Under the pieces are notes generated by a model. The model did no database searches. It had not been told where the DNA came from and saw only the letters and a list, made by a program, of their open reading frames with translations. Both the position numbers and the translations under genes were made by a program. From Octopus vulgaris (lineage: Eukaryota): a stretch of 64,000 nucleotides of DNA. This document shows positions 27,892 to 42,796 of this stretch, one piece after another. Numbering within the stretch: position 1 is the stretch's first letter; each line of letters begins with the position of its first letter. The DNA lies in contig OX597832.1 in NCBI GenBank assembly GCA_951406725.2, positions 24,242,001 through 24,306,000 of the forward strand, written 5' to 3'.

Positions 27892-29131
27892 TGAAGGGAT
27901 ATCTGGTAGAATTGTTAGCATGACAAACAAAAATGCATAGCAGCGTCTTGTCCGTCTTTCTGAGTTCAAATTCTGCTGAGGTCGACTTTGCCTTTCATTC
28001 TCAGGCTTTTCTGAGGGGGATTTGGCTCATGCAAGCAATAGCTACACGATTCTGTAAGATCCATCAACTGGCCTATTTTATTTTTACTGTCACAAATTGC
28101 TGCTTATAATTCCTCATTTTCATTTCATACCTGCTTTCCAGGCTGGAATGGCATGGACAGGTTGTCACAACCAAGTTAGCTCCCTTCAGGAACAACTACT
28201 CTTATAGAAGCTGTTGGAAAATTGTATCGTTTGTACATTTCATTTTGGCTTCTATAGGTTCTATAGTTGTAATGTTCTTCTTATTACCAACCACTTTACA
28301 GAATGTACTGGGTGGATTTTAAGATAACACTGGTACCATGGGAGTTGTCATGTCTTTGACAAAACTAGAAGGTTCCCCTTGACTCTGTGCTTTCTCCACA
28401 TGGTCACCACTACTCAGGAGTGTATACAGCATGCATTTTACTATGACAGCATCTGTAGAGAGGCTGCAGAAGACATGTCTAAGGACACCTCTCAATCCAG
28501 TGCTTTCTGTACCTGTTTGCTGTCTACTTATACTATCATTGTTTGCATTCAAAGCAGCTGATTGACAAAATACTACCCTTGGCCAGTTTAAATAAATACC
28601 TTACAGTACTCCTCTGTTTTCTGTGATCAACTTTACCATCTGTCCTTGATAAAACAAGTACCAGGTATGTCCTGGGGATTGTTCAGTCTGCTATACCAGT
28701 CTCCAATGAATTTATAGTCTTGTGTCAGTCTATGAAATCCGTATTATTATTATTATTATTTCAAAACTGTGTGGGTTGCACAGGTTTGTAATAACACACC
28801 TTTCCATTTCCATGGATTTTGGTTTGTGTCACCAAATATTTGAGGACCCAGCATTTTCAGGTCTGACATCAGCATTTGTTTTGAACTTTCTTGTGGCACA
28901 GGGCCCTTCCACAATCTGGGGATTGTTCAGTCTGCTACACCAGTCTCCAATAAATTTATAGTCTTGTGTCGGTCTATGAAATCCATATTGAAAGGCAAAG
29001 TCTTGAAACTTGAAATTCCTTCTTATTCTTTCTTTTATTTACTGTCTTCCATTTTTTCTGGGGTTATTTTTTCTGTCATCATCTTAAATATATATATATG
29101 TTTATTAATATATATATATATTTATTTTCAG

Positions 29132-29211
29132 ATTGCCAGATTATTTCTGGTGTCAGATATTCTGTTTAACAGCAGTGCAAAAGTACCCAATGCATCATTT
29201 TTTAGAAAATT
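29132..29211 (+). CDS. U2SURP: U2SURP exon, CID (IARLFLVSDILFNSSAKVPNASFFRK)
   Basis: tttcag / gtaagt. Confidence 0.95.
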
Positions 29212-30296
29212 GTAAGTATCCTTAATCCTCATTGCCATCACCACCACCACCTCCACCTCTCGCTTTTGTCACCACCACCACCTCCACCACTCGCTTTTGT
29301 CACCATCATCATCATCATCATCATCAAAGGTATCATTTGGCAGAGTCATTAGAGAGTGGATAGAATGCTTCATAGTATTTGTTCTGACCCTCTCTACTCT
29401 GGGTTCAAATCCTATTGAGGTCACCTTTGCCTTTCATCCTCTCAAGGTCAATAAAAAAGTAAAAGTCCCAGGCATTGGGTTTGCAGAGCTATTAGAACAG
29501 TGATTCTCAAGGTGGATTGTACCCCACACCGGTGGGGCTTGGGTTACCTCGGAATATCAGAAATGGGGGGTGTAAATAATTTGAGTAACAAATGAATAGG
29601 AATAAAACCTGGTACAAAGTCTTTGATTAAAATTTCTCTGGTTGTTTGTGAGAGGAGAAACAGTGTTAGCAGAATTCTTCATGACAGACAAAACAACTGT
29701 GTGGATATATTGACTGGATTGAAGCCTACGGATTGTAGGTTCAAATACATCCAGAGCTAGTGATACATTATATTTCTGCAGTCTATGTTTGCTTTGGAGT
29801 CCCCATTTATTTGCTTATGGATGCTATGGCAAGGGTCACTCTATTTGTCTTGGGAATTACCCTATATTTACCTTAGGATTATTTTGTATTTACCTTGGAG
29901 GCTCACCCTATATTATACTTTAGAGTTAACTCTATATTTGCTTGGGGCCCATTCTATATTTGCCTTGGTGGGAGGGAAGGGTCACCCTCTCTTTGCTTTG
30001 TGGGATGTCATCCCTTGGATGGCAGTCACCCATTATTTGCCTTGGAGGTTACCTTCCAGCCTTTTAATGGTACAGGAACCAGTTGTTGAATGAATACTAC
30101 CAATCTTGACCTTTGTGATTTGTGTGTGTGTGTACGTATATGATAAATGATTCGGTTTTTAAACTCTGTAATTTATAGTCTCTCTCTTGTTCCCTCCCGC
30201 TTTTTTCTTCTTTCTGTCTCTCTCACATTTTCACACACACACACACATACACACGCATTTATGCCATATTTTCATTTACATTTGGGTTTATTTCAG

Positions 30297-30384
30297 TTTC
30301 CAAGCAAAATTACCGGATATTTTCAAAGACATTCATGAAACCTACATAAAGATTGACAGTCGACTGAAGGCCGAACAATTTAAG
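30297..30384 (+). CDS. U2SURP: U2SURP exon, CID (FQAKLPDIFKDIHETY...AEQFK)
   Basis: tttcag / gtgagt. Confidence 0.94.
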
Positions 30385-30477
30385 GTGAGTTGTGAGCTGT
30401 TTTCCCTTCTTTGTTTGTGTTTGATGCCCCTGTCCAGTCTAATTCCGATTTAGCACTGTCAAATTGTAGGTGTGATA

Positions 30478-30917
30478 CCAGTGCCGATGGCACGTAAGAG
30501 AACCATCTGAATGTCGCCGTTGCCAGCCCCAACTAGCCTCCATGCCGGTGGCACGTAAAAAGCACCATCTGATCGTGGCCGTTTGCCAGCCTCGTCTGGC
30601 CTCTGTGCTGGTGGCATGTAAAAAGCACCATCTGATCGTGGCCGTTTGCCAGCCTCGTCTGGCCTCCGTGCTGGTGGCATGTAAAAAGCACCATCCGATC
30701 GTGGCCGTTGCCAGCCTCGTCTGGCACCTGTGCCGGTGGCATGTAAAAAGCACCCACTACACTCATGGAGTGGTTGGCGTTAGGAAGGTCATCCAGCCGT
30801 AGAAACACTGCCACATCAGACTGGGCCTGGCACAGCCTTCTGGCTTCCCAGACCCCAGTTGAACCGTCCAACCCATGCTAGCATGGAAAGCGGACGTTAA
30901 ACGATGATGATGATGAT
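30478..30917 (+). mobile_element. Family C element with several tandem 5' units
   Basis: Repeated ggtggca(c/t)gtaaaaagcaccatc...gccagcctcgtctggc. Confidence 0.8.
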
Positions 30918-31256
30918 GAAATGTCTTCCAGTCACAAAACACCCTGTTTACTCCCCATCCCTGCTGCTGCTGCATCCATCTCCAGATGCAATGTATCCAA
31001 GGCTCCAGATATAGCGTATTCAAGGGAGCAAGTTGACAACCACTAAGACATATTATTGCTACACAGGACTTCATCGGTCAACCAACCAACCAGTTGTGTA
31101 TCATTCGTTCCATTATTAAATTTTTGTTTAGATTCACTTTGACGGAGGTGAGTCACTCACTAATGTAAGGGGCAAAACTCTAACCTCTTCTCTCATTAAT
31201 ACTAATGACTTGTAGTTATGCGGCATTTCGTTATGCAACCATAATATACTACAGAG

Positions 31257-31474
31257 CAGTGGTTTTCAACCAGGGTTCCGCGGAACCTTAGGGTTCTGCC
31301 AGTACAGTCCAGGGGTTCCGCAAGAAGTTACAAAACTGCTAAAATCGGCAGTAATTTTTAAGTCTCCTGTGCAGATATGTGTGCATAAGACTATTAAATT
31401 ATTGCACAGGGGTTCCTTGAGCCAGTGGAATGTTTCCTTGGGGTTCCGCTCCAGCAAAAGTTTGAAAAGCACTG
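31257..31474. mobile_element. hAT-like MITE
   Basis: cagtggttttcaa / ttgaaaagcactg termini with repeated ggggttccg subterminal motifs. Confidence 0.65.
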
Positions 31475-33028
31475 CTACAGTGTGTATTAAGCGTTTTTAT
31501 AAGTCAATGCTGTGTTCTACTGTGTTAGCAGTACTCTTATATTACTTGTTAAGGTCATCTCTACTGATTTTCTGTAGAAATTATAGCCAGCACTGATTTT
31601 TGTTACAACGTTTTATATCACCCCTCTCTTTAACATAAATAGATTAATTTTTTTTTTGCTGTAACGAAACCATTAAAGGATTTCTTAGGGCAGGGCTGTC
31701 GCTAAGCCCCAGCAACCCCTGTGGTCACAGGGGGCCTCCATGGCTGAGGGCCCCCCCCATGTTAAGATCAAAGTATGTAGATGATTCATCTATTTACTTT
31801 GGTTAAGATGTTGAACAAGAATTAAACTATTTATGTTAACTGAAAATTTCAAGAAATAAAATGCTAATACATTGTAGCTGCAAAAGTTCTTGTAAAAGTA
31901 TTACATTGTGCCACGAACGTGTCCCAGAATTTTGGGATTGTCTCTGATATCTATTGGACATGAACTTAGCTCTCAGTTTGATTATTCTGAACTGATCGAT
32001 GATTTCAGGAAGTGAAAAGTGCGTCGTGTTTGTCTTTGAAAGTTGCCTGGATTATAAAAGTGCTCTTTTGTTCATATCTGGAAGTTTTAATTATTGAAAT
32101 TTGTAAGAGACCTAAGTATATTTAACAAGTACATCAACAGTCAAGTACATAAACATCAAAAAATCAAATGGAAATTGTAGTTTTGATACCTGTGCCGGTG
32201 GCACATAAAAAACACCATCCGAATGTGGCCGATGCCAGCGCCACCTTGACTGGCTTCCATGCCGGTGGCACATAAAAAGTGCCAACCGATCGTCGCTGTT
32301 TCCAGGCTCCCCTGGCACCTGTGCCGGTGGCATGTAAAAAGCACCCACTACACTCACGGAGTGGTTGGCATTAGGAAGGGCATCCAGCTGTAGTAATACT
32401 GCCAGATCAAACTGGAGCCTGGTGCAGCCTCCTGGCTTCCCAGACCCCAGTCAAACCATCCAACCCATGCTAGCATGGAAAACGATGATAATGATGATTG
32501 TTGTACTTTTAAAGATGTTCTTTAGGATAATTTGAAATATTGAACTTCAGTTAAAGTAAAATATAGCTATGAAGAAAAGGTGCATAGATTGTGAATTTTG
32601 ATTGAAGGGCTGCGGCCTCTAAAAGTCATGCGACAGAGCTGTGGTAGGGACGTAAAGTTAACAAAATTAGATGAGACATAGTTGTGTGAATCTGGAGTTT
32701 ATTTTATAACCATATGGTCTTGAGTTCAATCCTACTGCTTGGCACTTTGAGCTAACCAGTGTTTCGTGAGTTGAATTGATTGGTAGAAACTGTGTGGAAG
32801 CCCAATGTTTGTGTGTGTGTGTGTGTGAAATACTGTGTTGATAGAATCGACTGATGACCTCTCTCCCAAGTCTGTGGCTTAGTGACAATGTAAGAAACCA
32901 GATTGGCAGAATTGTTAGAGCATCACTTGCAGTATTTGTTATTGCCCCTATGTTCTGAGTTCAAATCCTACCCAGGTTACCTTTGCCTTTCATCCTTCCA
33001 GGACCATAGTACCAGCCAAGTAATATAT

Positions 33029-33262
33029 ATTTCTTTACTACCCACAAGGGGCTAAACATAGAAGGGGACAAACAAAGACAGACAAAGGAATTAAGTCGAT
33101 TACATCGATCCCAGTGCAAAACTGGTACTTTATTTATCGACCCTGAAAGGGTTGAAAGGCAAAGTCGACCTCGGCGGAATTTGAACTCAGAACGTAGCAG
33201 TAGACGAAATACCGCTAAGCATTTCGCCCGGCGTGCTAACGTTTCTGCCAGCTCTCCGCCTC
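33029..33262 (-). mobile_element. SINE family B nested in an older family B copy
   Basis: Reverse complement of 985-1214; ccagccaagta duplicated on both sides. Confidence 0.8.
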
Positions 33263-33376
33263 CCAGCCAAGTAGTATAACTGACTGTTGCCTGACCACCC
33301 CCTCTAATTTCTTGGTCCTGTGCCTGTTTGAAACTCTTTTTATTGTTATTTTTTTTCTTTCTTCTCCCCTTTATAG

Positions 33377-33887
<511 letters not shown>

Positions 33888-34283
33888 TGGTGTGGCCCCA
33901 GAAAGGGGACAACATTGAAAGAGATTAAATGCTGAATTGATGTGTTGCAGTTTTCTTTCTGTAGCACCATTCCCAAGATATTTTGATCAGACTTCGTATT
34001 TGCAACACGAGTGAATGTTTTATTTTTTTTTTCCTTTGTCAAAAACAATGCATGCTCAGAAACACACACACACACATCTACAAACACGCACACACACACA
34101 TCGACAAACACACAATTTTAAAGCATTCCTACACATTTTAACATGCACACACACATTAGCATAAACACATCCTATGTGCATGTGTGCCCAGAAACACACA
34201 CATCCACAAACACACACATACATCCTCACACAATCACACTGCTTGCTCACATCGATGCCATTTCAAGCTCCGATTAACTCTGA

Positions 34284-34511
<228 letters not shown>

Positions 34512-34587
34512 TGAATTAATTGGGAATTAATTACTTTTGGTTTCTGCTTTTTTTTACTCTTGGACTAGCTTTCTGCTAAACTCTTGC

Positions 34588-35268
<681 letters not shown>

Positions 35269-35756
35269 TTAAAGTAATTTAAAGCTCTCCTTCGAAATTC
35301 CATGTTAATTTATGTTACAGAGTCCAGCTTAATATTGACAAAATTATTTCAATAAATTCTTGATTATATTCAAAAATTAATTGAAACTATTTCAACATAT
35401 TTCAACAGAAACATGGTAATGAAAGGGTTAAGTGATGACAACGATGATGATGGTTTTGTGTGTGTGTACACCTCCTCGTTTAGACATTATGCAGTAGTCA
35501 TAAATGAGCACCATGCTTATGCAAATGAGGTTGTTCGTTTCCAATCTCCATCATTATTTAACATCTGTTTTACATGCTGGTATGGGTTGGATGGTAATAG
35601 GACAAAATCCCACCAAGGACAAAATCTCCCTCTGGACAATATCCCCTGGGATATTGTTTTTCCTTTACAATAAAAATATTTTAGAAAAGTGAAATTTTAT
35701 TAAAAAAAATTTATTTTATTATTTCTTAATTGATATTTTTGTTAAAAATTTGTTGG

Positions 35757-35918
35757 GTGGCTGTGTGGTAAGTAGCTTGCTCCCCAACCACATGGTTCCA
35801 GGTTCGGTCCCTCTGTGTGGCACCTTGGGCAAGTGTCTTCTACTGTAGCCTCGGGTCGACCGAGACCTTGTTAGTGGATTTGGTAGACGGAAACTGAAAG
35901 AAGCCCGTCATATATATG

Positions 35919-35962
<44 letters not shown>

Positions 35963-36148
35963 TCCCCCCAACATTGCTTGACAACTGATGCTGGTGTGTT
36001 TTCGTCCCCGTAACTTAGCAGTTCAGCAAAAGAGGCTGATAGAATAAGTACTAGGCTAACAAAGAATAAGTGCTGGGGTCGATTTGCTCGACTAAAAGGC
36101 GGTGCTCCAGCATGGCCGCACTTAAATGACTGAAACACGTAAAAGAGG
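35757..36148 (+). mobile_element. SINE family A
   Basis: Similar to 3098-3522. Confidence 0.85.
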
Positions 36149-36687
36149 GTGGATTTTGTCTTGATACCAGGTTGGACAGTTTTGACAGGAGCTGGCTAGC
36201 AGAAGACTGCACCATGCTTCGCTGTCTGTTTTTGGCACGGTTTTTATGGCCAGATGCCTGAAAAATATGTCCAGTCAAGAAGAAATATCACCTTACCTAG
36301 AAACAGATAGGTGTTCGTATCAGGAAGGGCATCTGTCAATCTGCCCCGACAAATTTCATCTGACTCATGGATGTTAAATGATGATGATGACAAGGAGGGG
36401 GAAGAAGAAGGACTGTAGTGAAAAAAATGAAACGCTGGTATTGAGTGCTCAGATATTGAGTGAATATGTAACTTGGTTTGGATTTCAGAAGTAGTAGTTT
36501 AATTGGTTTTTGAACCCCTTACGTGCAATTCTTTTTTGAATTTGCAATATGTTTTTTGTTTTTTCTGTTTGGAGTGGCATGGGAAGAGTGGTTTCTTCCT
36601 ATTCCTCTCTCTGTCTTGCTCTCTCCCCCTTGTTTTGTTTTTTTTTCTTTTGTTTTTTCTTTGTGAACAGAGTACTCTATATTGCAG

Positions 36688-36804
36688 ATAAAGGCGAAGA
36701 TATTGATGGGAAACCTTTAGAAGAGGATCTTCAGGCTCAAAATCAAGCCAAATTTGCTCAATCAAAGTGGGAAACGGTGGATGAAGCTGAACTGGAGGCC
36801 CAAG
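36688..36804 (+). CDS. U2SURP: U2SURP exon (KGEDIDGKPL...SKWETVDEAELEAQ); 5' boundary uncertain
   Basis: Conserved SKWE.VDE.ELEAQ; donor gttagt; acceptor could be 36670, 36672 or 36687. Confidence 0.82.
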
Positions 36805-37126
36805 GTTAGTTTCCTCCCTTGCTACCAATTCCTTCGTATTGCACCCCTCTCTCACTCTTTCGTTCTCTTTGTCATATGTACATACATATATGTAAATATA
36901 TACATATATATATATATATATATGATAAATCGTTAACCACTACGTACATTTTTTTTCTCTCCTTTCTCTCCTTGTTTCTTTCTGTGTCCCTTTCTGTAGA
37001 AGAGCGTAGGCTCGAAACATAAAAGACTTTTTCTATTCCTGAGCGTTATACTAATACATCTGTTTGTTTTGTATACCACCTGTATTCGTGTTTTGTTTTT
37101 TTCGTAAACTCTCCCTATATATACAT

Positions 37127-37159
<33 letters not shown>

Positions 37160-37163
<4 letters not shown>

Positions 37164-37554
37164 AAATATTATTAGAGACAAAACCACTATTTTGCAAAAC
37201 AAACAAGGAAAGACTTAATCAATACATAAAATTTTAATAAATAGTCAAAAAACCACTACAATCGTTTCTTGTCTTGATCGACAATCTTCAGGTGGACTTC
37301 CAATAAGTCAGTTTCAAATTATTGAAACTGACTTATTGAAGTCCACCTGAGATTGTCGATCAAGACAAAAACGATTGTAGTGGCGGTTTTTTGACTATTT
37401 ATTAAAATTTTATGTATTGATTAAGTCTTTCCTTGTTTGTTTTGCAAAATAGTGGTTTTGTCTCTAATAATATTTTATAATATTTTACTATAAAATTGGA
37501 TTTAATCCTAAATCTGATTTTTTTTCCTGTAAATTTGGATTTATTCCTAATATT

Positions 37555-37560
<6 letters not shown>
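37160..37560. mobile_element. Penelope-like inverted pseudo-LTR remnant between (TA)n tracts
   Basis: ~158-bp arms around a 4-nt loop (37318-37321); contains hammerhead motif. Confidence 0.7.
37253..37295 (-). ncRNA. Minimal type I hammerhead ribozyme
   Basis: Minus strand CCAC-CUGAAGA-UUGUC(GAUCAA)GACAA-GAAAC(GAUU)GUA-GUGG: all core residues and stems I-III present. Confidence 0.78.
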
Positions 37561-37616
<56 letters not shown>

Positions 37617-38439
37617 GTATAGGCATGCACTCATTCACACATATGTTCTAACACACAGACAGACATTTCAAAAGTAAACAATCAATCATTTTTGAAATAT
37701 TTATTTAGACACAAAATAATGTAATCTGGTGCATTTAAATATTTAATCTAGCATTTAGTGAATGTGCTTTGTGCAGGATTCATTAACATTTTTGAAGCAC
37801 CAGGTAGTGTCCGCACGGATAAAACATTATAAAGAGGGACATCTATTTACTTTTGAGATGTTTTGTGTACATACACACATATGAAGGATTTAAAAAAGAT
37901 CCATGTGTATGTCTGCTTCTCTGTCTCTTCGTCACCCTCTAACCTTTCATCCTGTGACACGAGTTCCCCTCTTCATATGTCCCTGCCCCTCTCGTAATTC
38001 CTTGTCTTGCAAGTTACATGGTTACCCTGCCAGTGCTGGTGCTACATAAAAAACATCCAGTCCACACTGTAAAGTGGTTGGCATTTGCAAGGGCATCCAG
38101 CTGTAAAAATCATGCCAAAACTAACCTCACTTGTGCTGGTGCCACGTAAAAAGCACTGAGTCCACTCTCCTGGGTGGTTGGTGTTAGGAAGGGCATCCAG
38201 CCGTAAAATCCCTTCCAAAACAGACACAGTAGCCTTGGGTAGTTTTTCCACCTGGCTGGCTCCTGTCGACCATTCTACCCATGCATGCATGGAAGATGGA
38301 CATTAAATGATGATGATCTTAAAATCCCTTCCTTTCATCAGAAATTTTTGTCCAGTTCTCTCCACTGATTTAATTTTGCTGATGACAAACATCAGAATTA
38401 ATTTTCTCTAGAAACTTAAAACAAAATAGTTACATGTCT

Positions 38440-38669
38440 TTAACCCTTTTGATACCAACCTGGCTGAAAGCACCTCTGGTTCTGTAGTACAAATGTCTTG
38501 TTTCCAAAAGTTCTGAATTAAAATCTTCCACCAAACCTTAGTTATCATTAAGCTGGTGTTAGGAACATAGACTGTGACTAAGTTCTTTTACTAAATTCTT
38601 TGTTATATTTTAAATTAATTGAAAGAAACACAGAGCATCTCAACAGAAATATGGTAACAAAAGGGTTAA
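38440..38669. mobile_element. piggyBac-like MITE
   Basis: TTAACCCTTTTG...CAAAAGGGTTAA; reverse of the 1875 family. Confidence 0.75.
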
Positions 38670-38856
38670 AGATGGTCAGTTTAAGAATTCCTTTAGTCTA
38701 TAGTTTGTCTGGTAGTAGCAGTATGGGGTGGGGGGTGAACGTGGTTCTGTATTTTATGTGGAATAGTGAATAGTATTTTATGTGGAATTGTGATTGAAAG
38801 TATGTTGTTGCATGCATTTATTTATATATATTTATTTTGTTTCGTTTGTTTTGTAG

Positions 38857-38956
38857 CCATGACTACATCTAAATGGGATCTGCTTGATCAGCAAAGTGAT
38901 GGTGGTGAAGATCAAAAGAGACAGATGGAGGAAGATCAAGATGATATTGATGGACA
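38857..38956 (+). CDS. U2SURP: U2SURP exon (AMTTSKWDLLDQ...)
   Basis: ttgtag / gtgagt. Confidence 0.93.
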
Positions 38957-39900
38957 GTGAGTTTAATTTATCTCTTTACTCTTTTTACTCTTTTACTTGT
39001 TTCAGTCATTTGACTGTGGCCATGCTGGAGCACCGCCTTTAATCGAGTGTGGCTAAGAGGCTTGCTTTGGGACCATGTGGTCTCAGGTTCAATACCACTG
39101 CACGACACCTTGCCTAGACATCATGTGGTGGTTGTAAGTGAACGCCGTCATCATACAAACAAGGTTGTTTGCTTTCAGTCTTCCATGAAAACATGTCCGG
39201 CCATGAGTAAATATTACTTTGCTAGAAAGGTTGGTGACAGGAAGGGCATCCAGCTGCAAAAAAAAAAAACCTGCCTCAAAACAAATTCTGTCTGATCCAC
39301 TCAAGCATTGAAAATGTAGCTATTAGTCAATGAGGACATGTGAGACCATAACCCGTGGCCTTTACCTGGGATGTAGCTAGTCCACTTATGCATACCTTTC
39401 CTTCTTGAGACACAAAACCCTGCTTGCGAAGACCTGCTGAGGCAAGTGAAATCGAAATCGATCAAAAAATCAATAGAAATTGTAGTTGTGATACCAGTGC
39501 CGGTGGCATGTAAAAGAACCGTCCGAACGTGGCCGTTGCCAGCGCCGCCTCGACTGGCCTCCGTGCCAGTGACATGTAAAAAGCACCAACTAATCGTGGC
39601 CGTTGCCAGCCTCGCCTGGCACATAAAAAGCACCCACTACACTCACGGAGTGGTTGGCGTTAGGAAGGGCATCCAGCTGTAGAAACACTGCCAGATCAGA
39701 CTGGGCTTGGTGCAGCCTCCTGGCTTCCCAGATCCCCCGGACGTTAAACGTTGATGATGATGATTAAAAAAAATAGAGCTCTGTACATGATTATTTATTA
39801 GATATGGTAAAACCAACTTTACAATGTTAAACTGTTAACCTTCTCGTTTTCTGATCCATATTCTTCAATGTACTGATGTTGTTGTTGTTGTTGCTTTCAG

Positions 39901-40042
39901 ACCGATGGAAGATATGGATGACATGTACCAAGATGCTGGGTCAGACAGTGAACACATGAATCAGGAAGAGAATTCCAATGTTGCAGATACATTCCACAAA
40001 CAGATGTCAGAAGAACGCAGGGCAAAGCTCCGGGAATTAGAG
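39901..40042 (+). CDS. U2SURP: U2SURP exon (...MSEERRAKLRELE), CWF21 start
   Basis: tttcag / gtcagt. Confidence 0.93.
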
Positions 40043-41693
40043 GTCAGTCCCAGAAGCCATCGTTTCATATTCGTTTATTCATTCTCTTCTTGTTGCTGCT
40101 GTTTGTTTGTTTGTTTGTTTGTTGAGTGAAGTGGTCTTCGTCCCAGAGCTCGCAAGATGGGAGAAGTTCGAAACGTGGTCCTTTGCTATTCGTAAGACCC
40201 GCAGAAGAGAAAGCAGGTCAACCCCCGACACCGAGAGCATTGACGGATGGATGAATGCGCATCCAGGCTCAGCGGTTGCGTAGGAAGTCGGGGGACAAGA
40301 AACAGGAAGAAAGAGTGAGAGAAAGTTGGGGCGAGAGAGTACAACAGGGGTCGCCACCACCCCCTGCCGGAGCCTCGTGGAGCTTTAGGTGTTTTCGCTC
40401 AATAAACACACGCGCGATCCTCCAACCGCGAGTCCGCTGCCCTAACCACTGGGCCATTGCACCTCCAGTTGTTATTGCTGCTGTTGATGGCAGCAGTGGT
40501 TGTGGTGGTGGCTGTTGTTGTTGCTGTTGTTGTTGTTAGGCCAATAGCCTCCAAGAGCTCTACTTAAGCGAATCATCATCATCATCATCGTTTAACGTCC
40601 GTTCTCCATCTGCGACATTATTCTGGTCAACGAAAACTTGTGTTTGTGTGTGTTGTTTATCTTGTATTACTTGTCCTTCAACAAGATCTTTGATATTTTA
40701 TACTGATCCAGATTGTGTTGTACTTTCAGTGGGGAATATCTAATTATCTGAAAGTTGATAAGCAAATGTGACTCTAATGAAATTGAATTACATGCGCGCA
40801 CACACACACACACACACACATAAGCACACTCATACATATGCATGTATGCATATATTACAGACACTGGTATCTTCTCTGAATCTCATCACCATCATTTAAC
40901 GTCTATTTTCTATGCTGGCATGGGTTGGATGGCTTCACAGGAGATGGCAAGACCGGGAACTGCACCAGGTTCCATGGTCTGTTTTGACTTGCTTCCTACA
41001 GCTGGGTGCCCTTCCTAATGCCAACCACTCCACAGAGTGTACTGGGTGCACTTTTATGTGGCACTAGCACCGGTCGATAAATTAAGTACCAGCTGTGTAC
41101 TGGGATCGATCAAATTGACTGGCCCCCTCCCCAAAAATTGTAGGTCGTGTGTCTATTGTAGAAATTATTATTATTATTATTTGTACTTTACTGTATTTTG
41201 TTGTTGTTGTTGTTGTTGGCAGTGGTGGAGCTTGTGTTTTTCTTTGATACTTCAAGGAAACAAAATTAATATATTTACCCCAAAAAGAATAAAAAGGAAA
41301 ATGGCATAGGTGCAGGTGTGGTTAAGAGGCTTGCCTTGGGACCACGTGGTCTCAGGTTCAGTACCACTGCACGACACCTTGGGCAGGTGTTTTCTACCAC
41401 AGCCTTGGTTTGACCAATGTTTTGTGAGTGAAGTTGTTAGATGAAAACTGTTGTGTGTTTGTGTGTGTCTTTGTGTTTGCCCCCCCCCCACCCTCCGCCA
41501 CCACTCAACAGGCAGTGTTTTTTTGTGAGTACCAGATTTAAAAAAAATATATATATATATATATATATATACTGGGGTGGATTTATTTGATTAAAATACA
41601 TCAAGGCAGTGCCCCAGCATGGTCGCAGTCCAACGACTAAAACAAATATAAGGTATGTGGCAGTTTCTGTATTGGTTTGTTCTCTTCTTCCAG

Positions 41694-41813
41694 GTAAAAG
41701 TAATCAAATACCACGATGATTTAGAACTTGGCCGGCGAACACGCAAAGAAGGAATGTCTCTTCAAGAACAAGTCCAGTATTATAGGAAAAAATTAATTCA
41801 CAAGGTGATGAAG
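41694..41813 (+). CDS. U2SURP: U2SURP exon, CWF21 (VKVIKYHDDLELG...QVQYYRKKL)
   Basis: ttccag acceptor; in-frame donors after 41804 (gtgatg) and 41813 (gtaaga). Confidence 0.9.
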
Positions 41814-41934
41814 GTAAGAGAAATGGACCATCTTTCGGTTTGGTGGGGGTTTTGCAGGGGTAGGGAGACCTTTTTTTTTTACAAATTACCTAAGATTGCA
41901 ATATCTTATACTAAGCTGTCTTGACCATGTAATA

Positions 41935-42341
41935 AAGGCTGAAGACGCTCGACCTTTATTCTCTAGAAAAACGACGACGCTGTGGTGATCTCATTCTTGC
42001 TCACAACATCATAAGCGGAAAGTGTAACCTCTCGAAAGAGCTGTTCTTCACTCCTGCTCCAGAGCGTCGGCTGCAGGGTCACTCCGAAAAGCTCTATCTA
42101 CGACAATTTCATCTCAATCGAAGGAGAGGGGCTTTCCACACCCGGGTTGCGGATCCGTGGAATAAGCTGCCAGACGAGATAGTGAAGATGCCGACGACCG
42201 CTTGGTTCAAAGTCTCCCTTGACCAGAAATGGCCTGAACTCTTTGCATGAACACCCTCCCTGTACATAACTCCATGTCCCCCTACATGGCCTTGCTTTTT
42301 GCTTTTTGAGCCAAAAAATTAACTTAACATAACTTAACTAA
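41935..42341 (+). mobile_element. CR1-like LINE ORF2 C-terminus + 3'UTR
   Basis: RLKTLDLYSLEKRRRCGDLILAHNII...RVADPWNKLPDEIV...*; (TTAAC)n-like tail. Confidence 0.85.
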
Positions 42342-42577
42342 CCTGTCCATAAGTCCATTAGACGAAGAGGGGGTCTGTGCATGATCACAGAACCTGTTAA
42401 GAATCGTAGCCAAATCTACATAAAATCTCGTCATACTATCTTTAAAAGGGACGGATACATTGGTTCATGTATTCCAAGGTACACAAAATAGGGATGCCCT
42501 TGATGATGTGTGTGCTTTGTCAGAACTGAGCTGGGGTTAATTAACAAACAGTGAATGTTGAAAGGTAGAAAACTACC

Positions 42578-42796
42578 CAGAATCGGTAGCACGCTGGGCG
42601 AAATGCGTAGCTGTATTTCGTCTGCTGCTACGTTCTGAGTTCAAATTCTGCCGAGGTCGACTTTGCCTTTCATCCTTTCAGGGTCGATAAATTAAGTACC
42701 AGTTACGCACTGGGGTCGATGTAATCGACTTAATCCCTTTGTCTGTCCTTGTTTGTCCCCCTCTATGTTTAGCCCCTTGTGGGCAATAAAGAAATA
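42578..42796 (+). mobile_element. SINE family B, 5'-clipped
   Basis: 11-bp TSD AGAAAACTACC. Confidence 0.8.
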
